Shown here in pieces: positions 57,913 through 64,000 of a DNA stretch of 64,000 nucleotides. How positions within the stretch are numbered: the first letter of the stretch is position 1; every line of letters starts with the position of its first letter. Below the pieces are notes generated by a model. It was not told where the DNA came from. It saw only the letters and a list, made by a program, of their open reading frames with translations, and did not search any database. The position numbers were made by a program, and so were the translations under genes. This DNA comes from an uncultured Fimbriimonadaceae bacterium (GTDB lineage: Bacteria; Armatimonadota; UBA10988): the NCBI GenBank assembly GCA_964531735.1, contig CAZHGD010000005.1:4095-68094 (forward strand). The letters are read 5' to 3'.

Positions 57913-60562
57913 CGCCGTCGAGGTTGGTCGTGGGTCCCAGCGCGCCGGCCCAGACCAGCCACTCGCCGGTCTCGGTGCGCAGCGCGCCTAGGTTGAAGCC
58001 CAGCTTCAGGCCCGGCCGCGGCACGATCCTGGCGGCCGCGAGTGGAATCGCCCACTCGGCGCTCCACTGCCCGCGTTCGACGCGCGCGGCGTAGTGCGTC
58101 TGCCGCGCCAGGTCGGCCAGCAGGTCGGCGGGCGCGCCGGTCTCCGGGTTGGCTTCGTGGCGGCCGTTCGGATAGGCGCGGAAGCCGAAGGTCGGCCCGG
58201 GCCGGCTACCGGAGGCCTCGCGGAAGCACACTTCGGCGCCGTCCACGCCGCCCCAGGCGCCGCCGACCTTGAGCTTGTCGGCATCCGACAGCGGCACGGT
58301 CACCCGCACGTGGAGCCGGGCGCCGTCGAAGGCCACCTGCGCGGCGGCCGGTCGGCTGGCGATGGGCTGTCGTCCCGGGTCCTCGGCCAAGGCCAACGGC
58401 GTGCCGGACCAACCGGCGGCCACCGGCGCGGTAACGCGCACGGCCTTGACCCGCGCCTTCGGGTGCAAGGCCAACGGCGGCGGTGGTGGCGGCGCGGGCG
58501 GCGCGGGCCGCACCGTGTGCTGCACCGGCCAAGTGGCCCGCGTGTCGCTGGCGTAGAGGCCGATCCGCTCCACCGGGATCCGCTTGAAGCCCAGCTTCCA
58601 GACCGGCGAATCGGGCCCCAGACGGTAGTCGTCGCGGGCCGCATCCACGAAGCGCGGATCGCCGTCGCTGAAGTTGTCCTTGACCACGGCCGTCTGGGCG
58701 GCGCGGCCCTCCAGCTTCAGCCACTGGCCACCGGCGCGCACGTTGCGCGTGACCTGGTTGTACTTGGCGAGGCCCGGCTCGTCGTCGAGGATGTCGGCCA
58801 GGTGCGGGTACCGCCCACGCCAAAGGTCGCTCTGGTAGGGCACCGCGGCCAGGCCCTGCAACAACTGGCCCTTCTCGGCGGGCCAGAACCCGGTGGTGGT
58901 CACGTTCACGGCCGGCGTGCAGTCGACAAACACGTTGTTGTCAATCACGTTGTCGCGGCCACCATGCACGAACACCGCGCCGGCGCCGCCGCGGACCCGC
59001 GCGAGGACATTGCCGTAGACGGTGGTGCCGCTGATGAAGTTGTCCAGGTAGATGCCGTTGCAGCCCTGGCCGAGGTGGCCGTAGATGTCATGGAGGTAGT
59101 TGTGCCGGAACACCTGGCCGCGCCGGGTCCAGTCGTGGTAGGCGTAGATGACGCCCGCGTCGTTCGAGTGGTAGACCACGCTGTGGAACTCGCAGAACTC
59201 GATCACATGGTCGTTGCCCGAGAACAGCACGGCGGCGTGGGGTCCGTCGTGGATCAGGCAGTGGCGCAGGAGGTTGCCGACGCCTTCGAGCGCCACGGCC
59301 GGCTTGTACATCGGGTCCCACCGGCCATAGCGGTGGATGTGGCAGTTGTCCGCCACGTGCCGCGCCGGGGTCAGCGTGCGGCGGTCGCCGCCGTCGAGCA
59401 GAACACCGCCGTCGCCGGTGTCGACCACATCGCAACCGAGCAGCAGATGGCGTTCGCCACCGGCCACGCGCACGCCCCAGCCGCCGACGTTGCGGATCGT
59501 GCAGCCGACCAACTGGCACCGCGCGCCACCGCTCACCTGCACGCCGGTATCCTGCGCGCATTCGAGCGTCAGGCCGCGCAGCGTGACGTAGGAGACGTCC
59601 TTGGTGGTGACCAGGTTGGGCAGGACCGAGACCTGCACCGAGGTGTCGTCGAGCGCCGCGGGCGGCAGGAAGTAGAGCAGCCCCCGAGCGCGGTCGAGGT
59701 ACCATTCGCCCGGCTCATCCAGCTCGCAGAGCAGGTTGTAGGCATAGTACCACTGGCCTTTGCGCCAGCCGAACTCGTGCGCGCGGCCGTCGAGCGTCAA
59801 CTCGTGAGTGGCCGGGTCGATGGCCTTGACGCGGTAACGCTGGTCGGCCCAGTCCCAGAACCAGTAGCCATGAACCATGGCGTCCGGCTCGCCGGCCCAG
59901 CGCGCGGGGCGGTCGCCGTCGTAATGGAATCGCGGCACCTTGCTGCCCTTGATGCCGAAGATGTTCCAGCCGTCGGCGACGCTGATGTCGGCGATGTGAG
60001 TGAAGCCCTGGTTCGGCCAGCGCGCCAACGTCATCGGCCGACGATCGCAGAACAGCTCCAGGCCGGCGTCGGAGTTGGCCCAGGTGTCGGCCGACTTCAT
60101 GGCGCCGAACTGGCGGAGGCCCAACGCCGTCAGGTCCGCCTGGCGCACCCGCTGGCGCACCGCCGGGTCGAGGCGGGCCAGTACCGCCGGAGCCTTGACC
60201 GGCTGCCAGCCGGTGACCACCTTGCCGCCGATGACGCGCACGGTGGCGCCGGGCGCCGCGCGGTAGCAGATCGGCGCGTCGGCGGTGCCCGAGTCCTGAA
60301 CCTCCAGTGCCAGGGGCGCGGACAGCTCGTAACGGCCCGCCGCCAGTTGGATGGTGACGCCGCCGCGTGGCAACGGCCCGGCCGCCTTCAGCTTGCGGAC
60401 GGCGTTGCGAGCGCCGAGCGGCGTGGCCAGCGGGCCGTCGGTGCGGGCCGCGTTCGGCGTGTCGGCGCGACCCGACCAGGCGTCGTTGCCCGTCGGCGAC
60501 ACATAGAGCCGCTGCGGCGCCGGCGCCAGCCAGCACAACGCAGCCAGGAGAGCCGTGGTCAT
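57890..60562 (-). CDS. secreted right-handed parallel beta-helix protein (pectate-lyase-fold polysaccharide lyase/hydrolase-like)
   Basis: MTTALLAALCWLAPAPQRLYVSPTGNDAWSGR is the characteristic N-terminus of the family. Repetitive GxxxG/N beta-helix coils. GAGGA SD. Confidence 0.8.
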   Translation of the reverse strand: MTTALLAALCWLAPAPQRLYVSPTGNDAWSGRADTPNAARTDGPLATPLGARNAVRKLKAAGPLPRGGVTIQLAAGRYELSAPLALEVQDSGTADAPICYRAAPGATVRVIGGKVVTGWQPVKAPAVLARLDPAVRQRVRQADLTALGLRQFGAMKSADTWANSDAGLELFCDRRPMTLARWPNQGFTHIADISVADGWNIFGIKGSKVPRFHYDGDRPARWAGEPDAMVHGYWFWDWADQRYRVKAIDPATHELTLDGRAHEFGWRKGQWYYAYNLLCELDEPGEWYLDRARGLLYFLPPAALDDTSVQVSVLPNLVTTKDVSYVTLRGLTLECAQDTGVQVSGGARCQLVGCTIRNVGGWGVRVAGGERHLLLGCDVVDTGDGGVLLDGGDRRTLTPARHVADNCHIHRYGRWDPMYKPAVALEGVGNLLRHCLIHDGPHAAVLFSGNDHVIEFCEFHSVVYHSNDAGVIYAYHDWTRRGQVFRHNYLHDIYGHLGQGCNGIYLDNFISGTTVYGNVLARVRGGAGAVFVHGGRDNVIDNNVFVDCTPAVNVTTTGFWPAEKGQLLQGLAAVPYQSDLWRGRYPHLADILDDEPGLAKYNQVTRNVRAGGQWLKLEGRAAQTAVVKDNFSDGDPRFVDAARDDYRLGPDSPVWKLGFKRIPVERIGLYASDTRATWPVQHTVRPAPPAPPPPPPLALHPKARVKAVRVTAPVAAGWSGTPLALAEDPGRQPIASRPAAAQVAFDGARLHVRVTVPLSDADKLKVGGAWGGVDGAEVCFREASGSRPGPTFGFRAYPNGRHEANPETGAPADLLADLARQTHYAARVERGQWSAEWAIPLAAARIVPRPGLKLGFNLGALRTETGEWLVWAGALGPTTNLDGGGLLELP

Positions 60563-60577
60563 AGCGTCCTCACCAGG

Positions 60578-62974
60578 TCAGTCGGCCGCCTGGTACAGGG
60601 CCAGGTCGTCCACGTACACCTTCTCGCCGGGCTTGAACCCGTTGATGATAGCCACCAGCAGCGCGCGGGTCACCTTCACCTGGTTGACCTTCTCGGGCAC
60701 GGTCAGCGGGCAGGCGATGGTGACCCAGGTGCCGGGTGTCGGCGTCACCTCGGTCAGCGGGCTGGGCAGGTTCTTGTCGTCGTCGCCACGCATGGTGGCG
60801 GCCACCGCGACCGTGCCGGTGCTCTGCTGCCCCTCGGGGATCAGGAAACTCGCCACCGACACATACCGGCCCGGCCGGATCGGCACCGTCTGGTGCGGCC
60901 CGCCGCGGGCCAGGCCGTCGCAGAGCACCGCCGACTTGCCCGTGTGGGCCGCTGCGGTGGTCAGCTTGACCGCGCCGGTGGACGCGACCCACAGGCCCCA
61001 GGGCGCCACCCCGTCCTCGAACGAAGGGTTCGGGTTGAGCCGCTTGGCCCGGCCGTCCACCACCTGCAGCACGGTACGGGCCTGCTCGGCCAGTGACCCT
61101 TCGCGCCGGGCGGCCAGGGCCTCGACGCGCGCGCGCACGGTGGCGCTGCGCGCGATCCAGTCGTAGACCTGCCAGATGGAGCCGGTGCCCCAGTTGGTGC
61201 CGCTGACGCCGCCGTACTGGCTAGCCGACAGCGGATGCGCCAGGACCGGATGGTCGCGCCACTGCTCCAGGAGCTGCAAGCGGCGCTGGCCCATGGCGGT
61301 CCGTTCCTCGGCCCGCTCCAGCAGCGCCGCGGCATCGGTCTCGGTGCGGATGGTCCGGCCGCGCGCCGCGGCGTCGGCCTGGTAGGCAATAGCCGAGGCC
61401 TCGTAGTAGGCGAAGGCGTCGCGCAAGAGCGCCGCGCGGGCCTTCTGCGGCGGCGTCTGAGCCTTGGCCAGGCACTGGTCCAAGAGCTCGCGGCTGCGGC
61501 GAACGTCGCTCTCCTTGGCGTCGGCCAGATAGCCTGGCGCGGCGAAGTTGAGGTACTGGCCCGACACCGTGAACCACTTCGACCGCAACACGTCGACGGT
61601 CCAGAAGCGCTCCCAGATGGCGTAGTACTCAGCCAGCAGCGGCGCGGCCTCCGGCCCCACGCAGCGCCGGTACCAATCGTCGAGCAGCGCGTCGACGTCG
61701 GCGTCCGGGTTCCACTGCAACTTCAGGAAGACGTACGGCTTCGGGCCTTCGCCCCAGTTCGGGTAGATCTCCGCATAGTGCGCGCGCACGCCGTGATCGC
61801 GGCCGAACTTCAGGTAGCGGGCCATCTGGTGCGGGTAGACGCGGGGCAACAGGTAAGGTGAGCCGTAGGTGTAGTCATACCAGCCGAGCGTCGGCGACAT
61901 GGCCTGCCAGCGCCGCGTCAGCTCCTCGCCGTGCGCGCGCACCTCGTCGTGGATCCACTTGTGGCGGTCGTAGGTCATGTAGGGAATCAGCCGCGGGTGC
62001 AGCTTGACGCGCGTCGGCGGCTCGACCACGTTGTTGTAGGCGAGCAGGCCGAACCACTTGTCCGGGTACTCCTTGAGCACCTCCGTGACCACCTCGTTGC
62101 ACCACGAGTAGTAGCTGTCGGACACGTCACGCTGGCCGAGGAAGTTCTTGCGGCCGGTCTCGCGCGCCAGCGATTCGGGCGACTCGTCGAACCGGTGCGT
62201 GTCGTTGATGCCCAGCGAGTAGCTGGTGACGTCGGGGTGCGTGCGGAAGAACTCCTTGATGTTGCGCGCCCCTTCGGCCGCGATGCCCGGCGCCGCGAAG
62301 TTGGGCTGCCAGGTGTGGTCGTCGTCCTTGGTGGGCAGGTAGCGCTGGCCGCCGTAGACCGGGAAGAACTCCGGATGGGTCTTGGTGTACCGGCTGGCCG
62401 GGAACAGGTTGAGCAGGTTGTGGTGGAACGAAACGCGCCCGTGCATGCGGTTGCGCCGCGCCCACTCGCCTTGCGCCGGACCACGCAGGCCCGACAGCAG
62501 GCGCGAGAAGAACACCGGCTGCTGGCGTACTTCGTCGGGCGGCACCTCGAGGCGCTCGCGCTGGGGCACATCGCAGCCGTCGGCGCCGGGCAGCAGCCAG
62601 CGCACGCCGACGTACCGCTCCAGGAATTCGCAGACGCCGAACTCGGTGCCCCATTCGGTCGGCCCGGCAACCACGTAGGTCCGCGCGTCGAGCCCCCGCA
62701 GCACGAAGCCGTCCTCATCGAGCCCGGCCAGCGACACGCTCGGCGTCGGACCCAGGCGAATCGCGGTCCGGCCGGCCGGATCGTCGGCGACTGGCAGTTC
62801 CTGGCCGGTGCTCTGCTTGACCAGACCCTGGAGGAGCTTGGCGGTCGCCAGCCGCGCCGGGTTGCGGTCGCCCGGCACAATGACGGCCGGTGGCTGTCCC
62901 GGCGCGACGATGACCAGCGCCTCCGCGCGGGGCAGCACGGCCAGTAGCAGGACCAACCAGGTCAACGGGCGCAT
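60578..62974 (-). CDS. secreted DUF4838-like putative glycoside hydrolase with a C-terminal carbohydrate-binding (CBM4/9-like) module
   Basis: Signal peptide MRPLTWLVLLLAVLPRAEA. The C-terminal NPNPSFEDGVAPWGLW...KVYVDDLALYQ segment is CBM-like. 15 bp upstream of the beta-helix gene on the same strand. Confidence 0.6.
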   Translation of the reverse strand: MRPLTWLVLLLAVLPRAEALVIVAPGQPPAVIVPGDRNPARLATAKLLQGLVKQSTGQELPVADDPAGRTAIRLGPTPSVSLAGLDEDGFVLRGLDARTYVVAGPTEWGTEFGVCEFLERYVGVRWLLPGADGCDVPQRERLEVPPDEVRQQPVFFSRLLSGLRGPAQGEWARRNRMHGRVSFHHNLLNLFPASRYTKTHPEFFPVYGGQRYLPTKDDDHTWQPNFAAPGIAAEGARNIKEFFRTHPDVTSYSLGINDTHRFDESPESLARETGRKNFLGQRDVSDSYYSWCNEVVTEVLKEYPDKWFGLLAYNNVVEPPTRVKLHPRLIPYMTYDRHKWIHDEVRAHGEELTRRWQAMSPTLGWYDYTYGSPYLLPRVYPHQMARYLKFGRDHGVRAHYAEIYPNWGEGPKPYVFLKLQWNPDADVDALLDDWYRRCVGPEAAPLLAEYYAIWERFWTVDVLRSKWFTVSGQYLNFAAPGYLADAKESDVRRSRELLDQCLAKAQTPPQKARAALLRDAFAYYEASAIAYQADAAARGRTIRTETDAAALLERAEERTAMGQRRLQLLEQWRDHPVLAHPLSASQYGGVSGTNWGTGSIWQVYDWIARSATVRARVEALAARREGSLAEQARTVLQVVDGRAKRLNPNPSFEDGVAPWGLWVASTGAVKLTTAAAHTGKSAVLCDGLARGGPHQTVPIRPGRYVSVASFLIPEGQQSTGTVAVAATMRGDDDKNLPSPLTEVTPTPGTWVTIACPLTVPEKVNQVKVTRALLVAIINGFKPGEKVYVDDLALYQAAD

Positions 62975-63049
62975 CGCTCTCTCCGGGTCACGGCGCCGAA
63001 CGACGGTGGCGGGCGTGCACTTCGAGCGACAGCGCCAGGGACCTTCCGC

Positions 63050-63712
63050 CTATCGGTCGGCGGTCCACCGCAGGCCGCGGGCCAGCACCTCGCGGAACTG
63101 CGGGTGGTCGAAAGCGCCGGCGCCGTGACCGGACTGCCAGCAAAACACACGGGCGGCCCGGAACTGCCGCGTCCAGGCCAGCGTCGGCACGCTCCGCGGA
63201 TGGTCGGTGGTCAGCAGCACGTGGTTGCCCGCGGCGGCGTCGACGCCGGGCATCAGGTAGGTCTCGTCGACCATGGTCCAGGGCGCCAGGCCGCGCGTGA
63301 TCGGGTGGTCAAGATCGACCGGCGTGAGGGTCACGGTCTGGTCGAAGTCCCACTCCACAACGCGCTGCTCGGCGCCCACCAGCTCGGACCAGAACGGCCA
63401 GTCGGGAAAGGCCACCAGCGAGTGGTGCAGCAGCACGATGCCCTGCGACGTCTCGCCCAGCGACGACAGCGCGCCGATGAGCTGGGCCTCGTACCAGGGC
63501 CGCGCGGCCTCCAGCGGCTCGCTATACATGTGGTAGAAGCAGACCGCGTCGTACTCGCCGCGGCGTCCGCCGACGTCGGTGACCCAGTCCTCCATGTGCA
63601 TGACTTCGGGACATACGCCGTCTAGGCCGCGGAGCATCGCGTGGAACGGTCGCACGTCGAACGGGTGGTGTCCGGTCACCACGGCCACCTGCAACGGGCG
63701 TGTCTCGGGCAT
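63050..63712 (-). CDS. ThuA-family protein (trehalose-utilisation ThuA-like class-I glutamine-amidotransferase fold)
   Basis: MPETRPLQVAVVTGHHPFD...VLLHHS is typical ThuA. It is usually partnered with a Gfo/Idh/MocA (ThuB-like) dehydrogenase. Confidence 0.8.
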   Translation of the reverse strand: MPETRPLQVAVVTGHHPFDVRPFHAMLRGLDGVCPEVMHMEDWVTDVGGRRGEYDAVCFYHMYSEPLEAARPWYEAQLIGALSSLGETSQGIVLLHHSLVAFPDWPFWSELVGAEQRVVEWDFDQTVTLTPVDLDHPITRGLAPWTMVDETYLMPGVDAAAGNHVLLTTDHPRSVPTLAWTRQFRAARVFCWQSGHGAGAFDHPQFREVLARGLRWTADR

Positions 63713-63732
63713 GATCGCTCCTTCGGGTCGGC

Positions 63733-64000
63733 TCAGCGGTCCCAGAGCAGTTTGGTCTGCACGCTGTCGGCGCCGGCGAGGCCCGACTCCAGCCGCGCCG
63801 ACCAGGCGGCCGGGTCCAGCGCCGGCAGCAATTCCTCGAACGCGCCGCTGATGGTCTCGGCCGTCTCATCGTGCCAGATCATGCGCTGCTGGGCCGTGGC
63901 GAACGGGTAGGTGCCGCCCTGCGTGATGCGCTCGAAGGCCGGCGGATGGTGAATGAAGATCAGGTAGGGCGTGTCGCTGTAGATGGCCATGCTGGCCGGG
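63733..64000 (-). CDS. hypothetical protein, probably partial. Its N-terminus may lie beyond the window end.
   Basis: An open frame to the window edge with protein-like composition (…YLIFIHHPPAFERITQGGTYPFATAQQRMIWHDE…). The Met at 63990 has no SD. Confidence 0.35.
   Translation of the reverse strand, partial: PASMAIYSDTPYLIFIHHPPAFERITQGGTYPFATAQQRMIWHDETAETISGAFEELLPALDPAAWSARLESGLAGADSVQTKLLWDR

Noticed and set aside
58094-61096. 1000-aa plus-strand ORF over the beta-helix and DUF4838 genes
   Set aside because: Antisense to two signal-peptide genes. Gly/Arg/Ala/Val-rich low-complexity sequence.

Overview
This 64-kb window is ~70% GC and looks like a Planctomycetota-type (PVC) chromosome segment. 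That placement rests on inference only: four DUF1559/H-X9-DG prepilin-like genes, many Tat and Sec secreted proteins, and TAT-exported Gfo/Idh/MocA. The strands carry about 45 genes at roughly 90% coding density. Both strands also hold very long Arg/Ala/Gly/Pro-rich 'shadow' ORFs typical of high-GC DNA; I judged these non-coding.

The region is a glycan-utilisation and accessory locus. It has at least 11 signal-peptide proteins, including giant ones of 1048-1395 aa with CBM9-like/CARDB, LamG-like, GH42-like, beta-helix, DUF4838-like and DUF1080+BNR domains. Cytoplasmic enzymes include GH32, a GH5/GH39-like clan-A hydrolase, an enolase-superfamily dehydratase, an SDR, a xylose-isomerase-like TIM barrel, ThuA, Gfo/Idh/MocA, several alpha/beta-hydrolases and esterases, and an FAD oxidoreductase with an F5/8 domain. 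Regulators are an IclR, an ECF sigma factor, an XRE-S24 LexA-like protein, and a periplasmic-binding-protein plus hybrid histidine kinase pair. Housekeeping content is prfB with its programmed +1 frameshift and an ammonium transporter (amt).

The most unusual content:
- A divergent glycyl-radical enzyme (PFL2/glycerol-dehydratase-like C-terminus) sits in an apparent operon with a secreted DUF1080-BNR protein, with no activase in the window.
- A ~97-nt near-perfect palindrome lies upstream of that enzyme.
- A conserved AT-rich palindromic element recurs downstream of two DUF1559 genes.
- The LexA-like regulator has Cys in place of the catalytic Ser.
- A URO-D (methyltransferase-family) gene is embedded in a secreted-glycanase operon.

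I found no tRNA, rRNA, CRISPR array, transposase or integrase.
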